Shown piece after piece: positions 30,035 through 40,430 of a stretch of 64,000 nt of DNA. The notes under the pieces are model-generated. The model had not been told where the DNA came from and did not search any database. It worked only from the letters and a program-made list of their open reading frames with translations. Origin of the DNA: a virus. Within the stretch, counting starts at the first letter, position 1, and each line of letters begins with the position of its first letter. Location: positions 32,001 through 96,000 of IMG/VR virus record IMGVR_UViG_3300021963_000040; one strand, 5' to 3'. The translations under genes were made by a program, and so were the position numbers.

Positions 30035-31045
30035 ATGAGCCTTGTCCAGTCGACACTACGTCAATTCTTGCCTACACAAAAGGTAAGTTCTAGCGGCTGG
30101 TTAAGTTTCAATTGTCCAGTATGCACTCAAAATGGTCAAACTAGGCCAGACACTCGGAAACGTGGCGGGGTCCGTTTTCCGGATTCAGACAGTTTCCAAT
30201 ATAATTGTTTCAATTGCCATTTTACTACAGGTTGGAGTCCTGGTCGAGGATTAAGCAGTAGAGCAAAGTTATTATTCAAATCATTAGGTATGCAAGAAGC
30301 AGATGTACAGCGTTTGCAACTTGAATTAATGAGAGAACAAGAACAACAAAACCTACTTGCAGAATACAAACGTAAAGAAGAACGTGTTAAGTTTGTTCCA
30401 AATTGGAATGCAGTAAATTTACCAGCCGGAGCAGAACCTCTATTAAAATCAACTAGTCCTTTTGCTGAAGAAGGTAGAAAATATTTGGAGTCTAGAAACA
30501 TACTAGACTTGACCAATTGGTATTGGAGTGACTTAGAAGCATTTAACATGATGTGTCGAGTTATACTTCCATTAACATATAAAGGACAAGTAGTAGGATA
30601 TCATGCACGTTGGATAGGAACCCCTCCTACAAAAGAGAATGCCAAGGTAATTAAAGAACAGCCCAGGGATTATGTATTTGGTTACGACTTACAAGAAGAA
30701 ACTAGAGAATATGTAATTGTAGTAGAAGGTGAATATGATGCATTATCCATAGGTGGTATGGCTATTGGCAGTAACAGCATTTCAGAAAATCAAGCAGACG
30801 TCATAAACAGTTTAGGTAAACAGGTTATTGCCGTTGCCGACCGAGACAAAGCAGGATTCAAATTTAGCGGAGATGCTATCAAACATAATTGGGCCATGAG
30901 CTTTCCGGAGTGGGACAGTGACATTAAAGACGTTGCTGACGCATGCCAACGTTATGGTAGGTTATTTGTGTTGAGATCTATTCTTGACGCAGTAGAGACA
31001 AATCCAGTAAAATTACAAGTATTAGCGAGAACACATTGTGAGTGA
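30035..31045 (+). CDS. DNA primase (zinc finger plus TOPRIM)
   Basis: CPVC...CFNC zinc motif; VVEGEYDA, DRDKAG, KDVAD. Confidence 0.9.
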   Translation: MSLVQSTLRQFLPTQKVSSSGWLSFNCPVCTQNGQTRPDTRKRGGVRFPDSDSFQYNCFNCHFTTGWSPGRGLSSRAKLLFKSLGMQEADVQRLQLELMREQEQQNLLAEYKRKEERVKFVPNWNAVNLPAGAEPLLKSTSPFAEEGRKYLESRNILDLTNWYWSDLEAFNMMCRVILPLTYKGQVVGYHARWIGTPPTKENAKVIKEQPRDYVFGYDLQEETREYVIVVEGEYDALSIGGMAIGSNSISENQADVINSLGKQVIAVADRDKAGFKFSGDAIKHNWAMSFPEWDSDIKDVADACQRYGRLFVLRSILDAVETNPVKLQVLARTHCE

Positions 31046-32456
31046 TACAGTAGAATATTCAGAAGATATACAAAGGTTATTTTTAGAGTTCTTAGCCAGC
31101 GATAAAGAACTTGTTGCACGTTGCACAAGTATCTTAGATCCTGCTTTCTTTCATAGAACACTACAACCTACAGCAGAGTTTATTAAGAAGTTTGTAGACG
31201 AATACGGTGCAATCCCGTCAGTAGAACAAATACACGCAACCACAGGAGTTCAACTTAAAGGTGTAGGTGTAATTAGCGAAGAACACCAAAAATGGTTCTT
31301 AGATGAATTTGAGCAGTTTAGTAAGCACAAGGCTTTAGAAAAAGCTATTCTTAAGTCAGCAGACTTATTAGAAAAGAATGACTACGGTAAAGTAGAAAAG
31401 TTAATCAAAGAAGCAATAGAAGTAGGGCTTGCTAAGAGCTTTGGTACAGATTACTTTGCTGACCCAATGGGTCGTTTACAAAATTTAAAAAGTAAAAATG
31501 GTGCAACTAGTACAGGCTGGAAAAGCATGGATGAAAAGTTGTATGGCGGTTTTAACAGGGGCGAGCTTAATATTTTTGCTGGCGGATCTGGTGCAGGTAA
31601 ATCCCTGTTCTTACAAAACTTAGCACTAAACTGGGTGCGACAAGGATTAAACGTTGTTTATGTAAGTTTGGAACTTAGCGAAGGACTATGTAGTATGCGT
31701 ATGGACAGTATGCTTACTGGAACTAGTACCCGTGAAATTTACAAGCAATTAGAAGACGTTGATCTTAAAGTCCGAATGGCCGGTAAGAAAGCAGGTAAAC
31801 TACAAATTGTACAGCTACCCAACGGTATTACAGTTAACGACTTAAAAAGCTGGTTAAAAGAGTTTACTATTCAACAAGGTGCCAAAGTAGACTGCGTAGT
31901 TATTGACTATTTAGATTTAATGATGCCCGCAGGCCAAAAAATTAGTGTTGCTGACTTGTTTATTAAGGACAAGCTAGTATCCGAAGAATTACGTAATTTT
32001 GCTATCCAGGGTAACTATTTCCTAGCAACAGCCTCACAGCTAAACAGATCGGCTGTAGAATCAGTAGAGTTTGATCATAGCCATATTTCAGGCGGTTTAA
32101 GTAAGATTCAAACAGCGGATAACGTTATTGGCATCTTTAACAGTATTACTATGCGTGAGCGTGGTAGGGTACAAATTCAGTTCATGAAAACACGTAGTTC
32201 AAGTGGGGTAGGACAAAAGGTAGAATTACTGTTTGATGTAAACACACTATTCATTGGCGATTTAAGCGAAGAAGATCAACAAAGCGGGCCAACCCATGCA
32301 GACGTGCTATACAACGGGCTAAAACGTCAAAGTATGCAAGGACAAGGTGGGCCCTTACCCGGAGTAGCACTAAAACAAGCTGAAAAGGAGAATTCTAGTA
32401 TTAGTTCATCTGTAAGCAATTCAGAGGATTTACGCCGGAAATTGCTTAAAAGATAA
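31038..32456 (+). CDS. Replicative DnaB-like helicase (gp41-like)
   Basis: GGSGAGKS, SLELSE, VIDYLDL, TASQLNR, MKTR. Confidence 0.93.
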   Translation: MSDTVEYSEDIQRLFLEFLASDKELVARCTSILDPAFFHRTLQPTAEFIKKFVDEYGAIPSVEQIHATTGVQLKGVGVISEEHQKWFLDEFEQFSKHKALEKAILKSADLLEKNDYGKVEKLIKEAIEVGLAKSFGTDYFADPMGRLQNLKSKNGATSTGWKSMDEKLYGGFNRGELNIFAGGSGAGKSLFLQNLALNWVRQGLNVVYVSLELSEGLCSMRMDSMLTGTSTREIYKQLEDVDLKVRMAGKKAGKLQIVQLPNGITVNDLKSWLKEFTIQQGAKVDCVVIDYLDLMMPAGQKISVADLFIKDKLVSEELRNFAIQGNYFLATASQLNRSAVESVEFDHSHISGGLSKIQTADNVIGIFNSITMRERGRVQIQFMKTRSSSGVGQKVELLFDVNTLFIGDLSEEDQQSGPTHADVLYNGLKRQSMQGQGGPLPGVALKQAEKENSSISSSVSNSEDLRRKLLKR

Positions 32457-32514
32457 CTAAAGTTGACTACTGAAAAACGATAAATAATCAATATTATTAT
32501 CGTATTGCGATCAA

Positions 32515-32775
32515 ATGAAACGACAAACAAGATCTATACTTGATGAAATTAGTAATATCATACCGAAAAATGATATTCATTCGGTGGTAGAAAGTAAAGC
32601 CACCCAAGTGATCGCCTCAGTAACCAACTTAATCAGCTTAATCGAATCTAGCTATCCTGAACCACAGCGTAGCGAACTACTAAAAAGATTGTTTAATAGC
32701 ATTAAGACCGGTGATGAGCGCAAGTTCCAACGCGGTATAAGAGCTATTAAGGAATCTAAAAATGAAAATAAATGA
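32515..32775 (+). CDS. Hypothetical late protein
   Basis: MKRQTRSILDEI; late promoter at 32481. Confidence 0.7.
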   Translation: MKRQTRSILDEISNIIPKNDIHSVVESKATQVIASVTNLISLIESSYPEPQRSELLKRLFNSIKTGDERKFQRGIRAIKESKNENK

Positions 32776-34951
32776 TTTAGGGCAAGACCCCTTTACAACT
32801 GCATTATACGAAGCAGGCATAGCAGATTGGTTTAATGATGCTTCCGGTGATCGAGAATTCAAGGATTATAAAGAAGGTCTGAAAAAGGACTACTTGCGTT
32901 GGGCTAATTTAACACAAGGTGTTAAAGGTAAAGAAGCCGAAGAAAACGTACAGCTCATTAAACAGTGGTTATCTACTCAATATGGTTTAGGTGATGCTGA
33001 TCTCAAAGGCTTAGGCGGAGAAGAAGCACAAGATCAAGCACAAGATCAAGCACAAGATCAAGCACAAGATCAAACAACCCCAGCACCAGTTGATAATAAA
33101 ACAACCCCAGCGCCTACACCTGCTCCGACTCCTGCTCCGACTCCTGCTCCTAAAGATACTGCACAAGCAGACAAGATTAAAGCTAACGTAGCCGCTAATC
33201 AAGCCGCACGTCAAGGCGGCGGTAATAGTATGGACCTAAACAAATGGTACCAAGACTATCAAGCAGAACAAACCCCTGTTGGTAAGATGAATTTAGTTAA
33301 AGAACTAGTTAACCGTGTTGCTGATTATGGTCCCAAAGACGTTGATTCTATGAAAGCAATTCTAAAACGCATTCGTAGTGATCAAGCAATTGGTAAGCAA
33401 GGTGCTCAGTTCATTGATAGCGCATTAGCTAGAATGGGCCAAGGCAAAGATATGGCCGCTACTCCACAAGGTAACGCTAAACCTCAACAAGCTAAACCAG
33501 CACCACAACAACCAGCTGGTCCTACAGCTTCTGCACAATCAGACCAAGGCAAGCCTGGCTTCTTACAAAACAAAATCAAAGGTGGCGTACAACGTACTGG
33601 TGCACCTGGCTTTGCAAAACAAACAGTTAACAACAGCGTTATGTATCATGTAAACGCTATTGTAGAAGCACTAGGTTACACAATGGACCAGTTAGGTTAT
33701 ACAGTTCTTAAAGAATCTGCAACAACTTCTACAATCTATAACAGAGCAATGTTAACAGAATCTCAGTTATACCAATTGAATGAATTAGTTCCAACAAGCC
33801 CATTACCTCGTCAAGCAGGTACGCTAGGTAATATCGCAGGTGGTCTAGGAGCAATGGTAGGTAAAGCTAAAGGCGCTTGGCAAGGAGCTAAAGATGCATA
33901 CACAGGTCAAAAAACTCTAGGACAGAATCAAGGTCGTGCTCAACAAGCAGGCAGTGACTTAGGTGCTACTGGTGATCAAGCCGCACAAAATCCTGGTGCC
34001 AACACAGCACTAACTGGCGGGCCAGAAGCAGGCATGGGAGCCAAAGGTAAAGCAGGCGGCAATGCCGCAGGCGGCGCAGGTAATCTAGGTGGCGGTGATA
34101 TATGGGATAAAGTTACTCGTCTAATGTATAATACAGGTAGACTAGAAACTAACCCTAGAAATAACATGGGCAATAAGATGGGTAACTGGATGCTGAAAGG
34201 TACCGGCTACGAAATGGATAATACCAAAGGTATGGCTAGAGGTGGTTATAATAACGGTGGTGGAGCACAAGGCCTAGGCGGTGGTGGTAGTCAAGGCGGT
34301 GGACAACAAACCACAGCACAAAAAATGGCTAACATGGCCCAAGGTGGTGGACAAGCCGGCGGCAGAGAATTACCATTCCAACAAGGTGGTGGACAAGCAG
34401 GCGGTAATACTCCAGCGGAACAGCCAACACAAGGCGGTGGACAAGCAGGTGGTAATACCCCAGCAGAACAACCAACACAGGGTGGTGGACAAGCAGGTGG
34501 ACAAGCAGGCGGACAAGCAGGCGGACAAGCAGGCGGTAATACTCCAGCAGAACAACCTGGTACAGAAGAAGGCGGTAAAGTTGAAGGAACTCTTGACGCT
34601 AACCAATTAGCTAAACTATTACCTGGTATAGATTCTAATTCTATTGCTAAAGGTATTGCTGATGTTAAAGCAGGTAAACAACCTGGTGCAAAACAAAAGC
34701 AAGCATTTGGTGATGCTATGGTCGCCCTAATTAAAGCAGATCCTTCTACTACTGCCAAAGTAATGCAAAGTCTAACAAAACTATCATCACAAACCGGCGG
34801 TAATGCTCAGGCATATGATGTTAGCGGTAAATCAGGTCCTGATGCAGGTCAAGAAGAACATAACGCAAACTCTGCCGCAATAGATGCAAGACGCAAGGCA
34901 GGCTTAATGGCCAGTAGAATTTTTGGATCATATAAAAAGAATGCAGGTTAA
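32762..34951 (+). CDS. Low-complexity probable head-internal protein
   Basis: MKINDL start; Gly/Gln/Ala-rich; internal tandem repeats. Confidence 0.65.
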   Translation: MKINDLGQDPFTTALYEAGIADWFNDASGDREFKDYKEGLKKDYLRWANLTQGVKGKEAEENVQLIKQWLSTQYGLGDADLKGLGGEEAQDQAQDQAQDQAQDQTTPAPVDNKTTPAPTPAPTPAPTPAPKDTAQADKIKANVAANQAARQGGGNSMDLNKWYQDYQAEQTPVGKMNLVKELVNRVADYGPKDVDSMKAILKRIRSDQAIGKQGAQFIDSALARMGQGKDMAATPQGNAKPQQAKPAPQQPAGPTASAQSDQGKPGFLQNKIKGGVQRTGAPGFAKQTVNNSVMYHVNAIVEALGYTMDQLGYTVLKESATTSTIYNRAMLTESQLYQLNELVPTSPLPRQAGTLGNIAGGLGAMVGKAKGAWQGAKDAYTGQKTLGQNQGRAQQAGSDLGATGDQAAQNPGANTALTGGPEAGMGAKGKAGGNAAGGAGNLGGGDIWDKVTRLMYNTGRLETNPRNNMGNKMGNWMLKGTGYEMDNTKGMARGGYNNGGGAQGLGGGGSQGGGQQTTAQKMANMAQGGGQAGGRELPFQQGGGQAGGNTPAEQPTQGGGQAGGNTPAEQPTQGGGQAGGQAGGQAGGQAGGNTPAEQPGTEEGGKVEGTLDANQLAKLLPGIDSNSIAKGIADVKAGKQPGAKQKQAFGDAMVALIKADPSTTAKVMQSLTKLSSQTGGNAQAYDVSGKSGPDAGQEEHNANSAAIDARRKAGLMASRIFGSYKKNAG
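33026..33150 (+). repeat. Four copies of GCACAAGATCAA (AQDQ), then PAPT repeats
   Basis: Exact 12-nt tandem at 33026-33073, followed by degenerate 12-nt units. Confidence 0.9.
34339..34560 (+). repeat. QGGGQAGG(NTPAEQPT) coding repeats
   Basis: Repeated ggtggtggacaagcagg units. Confidence 0.85.
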
Positions 34952-34953
34952 TA

Positions 34954-36567
34954 ATGAAAATAAATCAACTAGTACCGTCATCATCTAAACCATTGTTTGA
35001 ATCATATGGATTAACTGATCCCTATTTTGAGTCATGGCAAAAAGACATCCATCCTATGCTGTGCGAAGTAGCAATGGATCCTGCCCAAATTGAAAACTTA
35101 TTCAAATCTGTAGAAAAAGGTGCAGGCCGTACTGGATTAGGTAAAGGGATAGATGCAGTTAAAGGTGCCGCAAGTAAAATCAGTGATGCTTGGTTTAACA
35201 AATTAGGCGGCATGTTACAAAGCAGTGACATTGTACAAGGCTTTGATGCCAAGTGGGAACAAATTAAAACTAGTGTTGCCGCAGAACATCCTGACTTGGC
35301 TAAGTCTTTAGCCAAGTATAAACAGTTCGCAGATAACAATCCTAAAACACAAAAATTCTTATTAGCTATTGCGGCGTCAGTTGCGGCCGCGGCAGGTGTA
35401 GCACTTGCAGGCGGCATTGGTGCTAGTGCTTTAGCAATTGGTACAGGAACTGGTATTGCCGTTGGTATTATTAATATTGCTGACAGATTGCTCAAAGATG
35501 AAAAACTATCTACTGCTGTAGGCCGAGGTGCAACTGCTGGTATCACTGCTGGAGTTACAGCAATCATTGGTCAGCAAGCCGCAAAAATACTAGGCGGGCT
35601 GGTACAAGGTATTGTTAAAGCAGTAGCCGGCGATGGCCAAGTATTGAGATATCAATTTATTAATCAATTCGGGGAAAGTATTTCAGCAGTTGGTACTCCT
35701 GACGATATTAATATGTTTCAAAAATTAGTAAGAAAAATCGCAAATGCATCAAGTGATGGCGCGGCACAATCAGCCGCTGAAGCACTAGTAAGATTACAAC
35801 AAAAAATGACTTCTCCTGAATATCTAGAAATGTTAGGTAAGGTAAGAGAAGCCAAAGCACTATTAGGCACAGCTAAAGAAGTTACAAAAGTTGTCGGTTC
35901 TTTAGCAACAAGCATTGCAAGCGGCGCGGCAGGCACAGCGGCGGCCGATGCAGGCCAAAAGAAAGAATCAATTCAGCGTAAAGGAACAATGCTTTCTGAG
36001 GCGCAATTAAATGAACTATTTGGTATTACAGGTAACAAAGTTGATGCATCTGCACTAATGAAAGCCTGGAAAAAAGCAGGTAGCCCGACTGACAGTAATG
36101 CTGTGGCAAAAATATTAGCAGACGGTGGGGTTGACCAAACAGTTATCTCAAATAGTTTTAAAGAAATAGGTGTAGAAGCCCCAACAAATACGGCAGGTGA
36201 ACCTGAAAAAGTAGAACCTACTATGGACACTCCTACTTCAACTACTACAACACCAACAGATAAAGGAAAGAATATGGCAGAACCAACAACAGATACAACT
36301 TCCGGCGGCGGTGATGCTACCGGTGGCGCAGGCGGTGATCAACAAATGCAAGGCAATCTAGATATAACAAGTCTAGGTAAACTAGTACCAAGCATTGGTA
36401 AAAATCCAACTCCATTTAAAGCCGCCATGGCCGCAATTAAAGCAAATAAACCACTAACTCCTGTAATGAAGTCTGCTATGGGCAACGCATTCATGGACTT
36501 AGTATACATGGACGCATCTACTGTTAGTAAAGTAAGTGCAATGCTTAAAAAGGTTTCAACGCAATGA
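34954..36567 (+). CDS. Probable head-internal/ejection protein with hydrophobic Ala/Gly segments
   Basis: MKINQL start; LAIAASVAAAAGVALAGG segment; C-terminal domain resembles that of the upstream gene. Confidence 0.65.
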   Translation: MKINQLVPSSSKPLFESYGLTDPYFESWQKDIHPMLCEVAMDPAQIENLFKSVEKGAGRTGLGKGIDAVKGAASKISDAWFNKLGGMLQSSDIVQGFDAKWEQIKTSVAAEHPDLAKSLAKYKQFADNNPKTQKFLLAIAASVAAAAGVALAGGIGASALAIGTGTGIAVGIINIADRLLKDEKLSTAVGRGATAGITAGVTAIIGQQAAKILGGLVQGIVKAVAGDGQVLRYQFINQFGESISAVGTPDDINMFQKLVRKIANASSDGAAQSAAEALVRLQQKMTSPEYLEMLGKVREAKALLGTAKEVTKVVGSLATSIASGAAGTAAADAGQKKESIQRKGTMLSEAQLNELFGITGNKVDASALMKAWKKAGSPTDSNAVAKILADGGVDQTVISNSFKEIGVEAPTNTAGEPEKVEPTMDTPTSTTTTPTDKGKNMAEPTTDTTSGGGDATGGAGGDQQMQGNLDITSLGKLVPSIGKNPTPFKAAMAAIKANKPLTPVMKSAMGNAFMDLVYMDASTVSKVSAMLKKVSTQ

Positions 36568-37904
36568 AAATCAATGAACTTACTCTTGCCGGTAAACGCA
36601 AACGTCCAGCTAGAATGAGACCTAAAAGAATGATCCAAAAGGAGTTCTTTGATCAAATCAACGAGGCCAAAGAAGGTAAAAACGTTCACCTAGAACACTT
36701 AGAAGACGAAATCATTAACAAAGGTCATGCAGGCATCGATCAAGTTGTTGCTACCCTTAAAGGACTAAGCAACATGCTTGCAGGTCACGTTGATCAAAAG
36801 TATAAAATATCTACAAAGTGGGACGGTGCTCCTGCTATCATTTGTGGTACTGATCCTACTGATCGTAAATTTTTTGTTGGAACTAAATCAGTATTTGCTA
36901 AAGAGCCAAAGTTAGTTAAGTCTAAAGCTGACGTTAATTCTATGTATGGCGACAAGCCAGAATTGGCCGCTAAACTTTTAACATCATTAACTTACCTAAG
37001 TAAGATTGGCATTCAAGGTGTTTTACAAGGCGACTTACTATATGCTGGCAAAGAAGATCTTAAGACGGCAACAATCAACGGCGAAGAATACCTTACGTTT
37101 CGCCCTAACACAATTACATACGCGGTACCAGCTAACAGTAATCTAGCACAAAAGATTATGTCATCTAAAATGGGTATTGTATTCCATACTGAATACACTG
37201 GCGGTCCTACTCTAGCTGAAATGGAAGCACAATTTGGTTATGATGCCGAACCATTAACGCACAGTACAGAAGTATGGGTTAATGATGCATTAGTTAAAGA
37301 CTTATCTGGTAGTGCAACAATGACAGCCGAAGAAACAAATGCTATTAATACCGCAATTAAAAATGTGGAAGCAAGTGCCAGCACAATTAAGCTAGAAACA
37401 TTTGCATGGATTGATCATGACTTGGGCGGCGTCGAGTTTAAAACTGACTTGAAAGCGCACATTAATAGTATGATTAGGACTGCTGGTGCGTTTGAAAGTG
37501 ACCCTGCCAAGTTTGCAGAAGGTTATGTTAACCGTTATCGTACTAAAATGTTGCAGGCCATTGATATGCTTAAAACTGAAAAAGGTAAAGCAGGTAAGCA
37601 AGCAACAATGGAAGAAGACTTAGAATTCTTAAACAGCCATGTCAACGAGCTTAAAGCATTCTATAATTTGTACATGAGAGCAATAACAGCTAAACTATTT
37701 CTTGTTAAGAAGTTAGCAGAGATTAAGAGTCTCGACAGCTTCTTAGAAACAGGCCCTGGCGAATACAAAGTAACACCTGAAGAAGGTAAAGTTATTATTG
37801 ACCATATGGGTAATGCTGTTAAATTAGTTGACCGTTTAGAATTTAGCCGTGCTAACTTTACTATGCCTAAAAATTGGGGTGGCAATGGATCTGCAACTGC
37901 TTAA
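36564..37904 (+). CDS. DUF6267-like protein with ligase-type nucleotidyltransferase motifs
   Basis: HLEHLED, TKWDGAPA (KxDG motif), QGDLL, FRPNTITY, EGKV, KLVDRLEFSRANF. Confidence 0.65.
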   Translation: MKINELTLAGKRKRPARMRPKRMIQKEFFDQINEAKEGKNVHLEHLEDEIINKGHAGIDQVVATLKGLSNMLAGHVDQKYKISTKWDGAPAIICGTDPTDRKFFVGTKSVFAKEPKLVKSKADVNSMYGDKPELAAKLLTSLTYLSKIGIQGVLQGDLLYAGKEDLKTATINGEEYLTFRPNTITYAVPANSNLAQKIMSSKMGIVFHTEYTGGPTLAEMEAQFGYDAEPLTHSTEVWVNDALVKDLSGSATMTAEETNAINTAIKNVEASASTIKLETFAWIDHDLGGVEFKTDLKAHINSMIRTAGAFESDPAKFAEGYVNRYRTKMLQAIDMLKTEKGKAGKQATMEEDLEFLNSHVNELKAFYNLYMRAITAKLFLVKKLAEIKSLDSFLETGPGEYKVTPEEGKVIIDHMGNAVKLVDRLEFSRANFTMPKNWGGNGSATA

Positions 37905-38541
37905 CGAACTGCACGAACGTAACATTCCTGGTACATATATGGAAAGCAAGTTCTTTCTAAATCCAGGTAATGCTCATGTTATTGATCAGCGTGATTTATC
38001 TCAAATCACGTTTGTTGCCTTAATGGCTCTTTTTGTTTTATATCAGGTTCCTCATACTAGAAACCTTGCGGCAGAATACGCTACTAATACTACTAGATGG
38101 GATATGAGCGGAACTTATGCTAGACATAGAATACAAGCCACAGATCTGTACATAAGTTTACAAGCATTACATGATTACGAGCATAGTCAAATAGCAGGAC
38201 AACTTAAAAAAGCCGACGACATAAACAGAGTACAAGTTAGCACTCAAAAAATTAGTAAAACTAAGCAACCCGTAAAGCGTTATTTGCTAGATATAGCATA
38301 TTATCAGCTAAACTTAGAACCAGTAAGATTTTTCTTTAATTTAGAAGCAAATTTATATATCGTCGATCCTACCCTTAAAAACTTACGTAGACAAGTTAAT
38401 AGCTGGCCTACGCTAAACAAAGGGGAAAAAATATATACTATCACACGTATTGCAACGTGGTTAAAGCGTCATGCACCCAAATATGACCTTAATTCACTAC
38501 TACAAAGAGCTATTTTAGCCCGCAATATTGATGTAAAATAA
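37885..38541 (+). CDS. Hypothetical protein
   Basis: MDLQLLNEL start at ATG 37885. Confidence 0.65.
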   Translation: MDLQLLNELHERNIPGTYMESKFFLNPGNAHVIDQRDLSQITFVALMALFVLYQVPHTRNLAAEYATNTTRWDMSGTYARHRIQATDLYISLQALHDYEHSQIAGQLKKADDINRVQVSTQKISKTKQPVKRYLLDIAYYQLNLEPVRFFFNLEANLYIVDPTLKNLRRQVNSWPTLNKGEKIYTITRIATWLKRHAPKYDLNSLLQRAILARNIDVK

Positions 38542-38615
38542 GCATCAAAATTACCTTCAGTGATAAATAATATTAACAACCTTATAAGGTTTACAATTTT
38601 TAGGAGTCATATATT

Positions 38616-38909
38616 ATGGCAACAGTAACTCGTGTAAATGGTTCAGCTGGTTCTATCGAAGCAGTGGGCCGCGACCTACAATTCTTCACAATCGGTCAAT
38701 CCGATATTACAGCCGCTGAATTAGAAGCAATTCTAAACGCTATCACAATGCTAGGTTTCAGCGTTGAAGTAGTTGGTGCAGTAACATTCGGTACTAGCGA
38801 TACAGTAAACGTTATCCTAAGCGGTAACAGCAAGCTAGCCGCTAGCGATCTACAAACAGCCGCCGCGGCCGCAGTAGCTGGTACAACTGTAGTTGACCTA
38901 GCATTCTAA
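38616..38909 (+). CDS. Small virion structural protein
   Basis: Late promoter, AGGAG SD, MATVTRVNG, terminator downstream. Confidence 0.7.
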   Translation: MATVTRVNGSAGSIEAVGRDLQFFTIGQSDITAAELEAILNAITMLGFSVEVVGAVTFGTSDTVNVILSGNSKLAASDLQTAAAAAVAGTTVVDLAF

Positions 38910-38932
38910 TTTAACCCATTAGAATACAAAAC

Positions 38933-38960
38933 ATACCCTGCTCTGGCAGGGTATTTTTTT
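38933..38960 (+). terminator. Intrinsic terminator
   Basis: ATACCCTGC-TCTG-GCAGGGTAT plus T-run. Confidence 0.88.
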
Positions 38961-38993
38961 GACTAAATACACGTATATAATTATGAGGTACAT

Positions 38994-39446
38994 ATGATTA
39001 CACCAAAAGGAACTGCTCGTGGCGCTGAGAATCTCGGCGGAGACATGGACTTCTTTACTGCATATACTTTAGTAGATATTACAGATACAGGAGTCAGTGA
39101 TCCTGCACCGTCCAAAGGTTACAACCAAGCACAGAATTTAAACGCAATGATACAGATGATAGGATTAAGAACTCAGCCTGTAATGATTAGTGTTGACCGT
39201 ATAGAAAATGATAGTTTAGCAGACTATGATTTTGGTAGTAATTTTTCAGGAACTGCTGATATCTGGATGTTAAAATTTGCAACAGAAAGAAGCGGATATA
39301 CTACTGAAAGCACATTAATATCAGATTCAAATGGACTGCCTGTAGCTACAGGATTAGATGAAACAGTAACTATATCTCCGGCAGTATTAAACAGCACTAG
39401 TGCTACTGCTAAGAACATTTATTTTGTACAACATACTACATTATAA
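38994..39446 (+). CDS. Hypothetical virion protein
   Basis: TLVDITDTG...QAQNLNAMIQMIGLRTQP...GLDET. Confidence 0.7.
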   Translation: MITPKGTARGAENLGGDMDFFTAYTLVDITDTGVSDPAPSKGYNQAQNLNAMIQMIGLRTQPVMISVDRIENDSLADYDFGSNFSGTADIWMLKFATERSGYTTESTLISDSNGLPVATGLDETVTISPAVLNSTSATAKNIYFVQHTTL

Positions 39447-39548
39447 AATAAATAAAGCATACACAGACTATTTGGCAAACTATCCACATTAAACTCTGGC
39501 TCAAAAAAGACACCCGTCGAAATCGAATAACGATAAGGACCATATCAC

Positions 39549-39833
39549 ATGAGTGAACTAGAAAAACAAAATCTTGAAGCGCACGTTGATTTATGCGCCG
39601 AGAGATATAAACGATTAGAAGAAAAATTTATCAATTTAGATCTACGTTTGGACAGTCTTAAAAGCGATGTTGCTGTATTAGAAACCTCCATGGATTCTAA
39701 GCACAAAGAGCTGGTACAGATTATCCAAGAAGCACAATCTGGTAAATTTAAAGTTTTAGTTGCAACTTCAGGCACAGTTATTGCGGCTATCCTTTCAGTA
39801 TTAGGATACCTTATAGCAAATATCAAGCATTAA
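39549..39833 (+). CDS. Coiled-coil protein with C-terminal transmembrane helix (possibly holin/XhlA-like)
   Basis: LEAHVDLCAERY, heptad repeats, hydrophobic C-terminus. Confidence 0.6.
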   Translation: MSELEKQNLEAHVDLCAERYKRLEEKFINLDLRLDSLKSDVAVLETSMDSKHKELVQIIQEAQSGKFKVLVATSGTVIAAILSVLGYLIANIKH

Positions 39834-39834
39834 T

Positions 39835-40206
39835 ATGAGATTATCTGACCTATTAGAAACCAAAGAAAAGTTTTCTATAGATAAGAAAAAAGAATTCCTC
39901 GCCGATGACGAACCATTAGAAATCGAAGTCGACGAGGATCATCTTGACGAACAAACTCGTATAGCTTGGGCACGTAAAGGTCGTAAGTTAGTAAGAAAAA
40001 TTCGTTGTGGATCGGGTAGACGCAAGGGTAGAATAGTAAGTAAAGCAAGCCAATGCGGCAAGGCAATTAATTTAAAGCGTCGATTTATGATGCGTAGATT
40101 GTTAAGACGCAAAGGCGCCGCAATGCGTAGGAAAGCTCTACGCACAAAAAGATTTAACTCAGTAAGTAGACGTTTAAGAGTATTAAACAAAAGAAAGAAA
40201 CACTAA
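39835..40206 (+). CDS. Protein with acidic N-terminal half and Arg/Lys-rich C-terminal half
   Basis: MRLSDLLE...; AWARKGRKLVRKIRCGSGRRKGRIV. Confidence 0.75.
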   Translation: MRLSDLLETKEKFSIDKKKEFLADDEPLEIEVDEDHLDEQTRIAWARKGRKLVRKIRCGSGRRKGRIVSKASQCGKAINLKRRFMMRRLLRRKGAAMRRKALRTKRFNSVSRRLRVLNKRKKH

Positions 40207-40430
40207 TGCGTATTATTGATTTAGGCTCAGTATCTGTAATTGTTAGTAACGAAGAATTTAAATTGTACGAATACATTAAGAAAAAACAACCATGGCCAAA
40301 AAAAGCAGATGTTAGTATGAGAGAAAGAACACAAATGTTAGTTAAGCAATTAGTGGCTAAAGGCTTAATTAAAAGATATAGAGAAGACGGATTCACATTT
40401 TATAAAGCTGTGGAGAATAAAAGTGATTGA
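40206..40430 (+). CDS. Small hypothetical protein (winged-helix-like)
   Basis: QLVAKGLIKR motif; coupled ORF. Confidence 0.6.
   Translation: MRIIDLGSVSVIVSNEEFKLYEYIKKKQPWPKKADVSMRERTQMLVKQLVAKGLIKRYREDGFTFYKAVENKSD

Noticed and set aside
25023-34560. Tandem repeats as a possible CRISPR array or DGR template/variable pair
   Set aside because: All are in-frame coding repeats without unique spacers; no reverse transcriptase or adenine-specific variant pair seen
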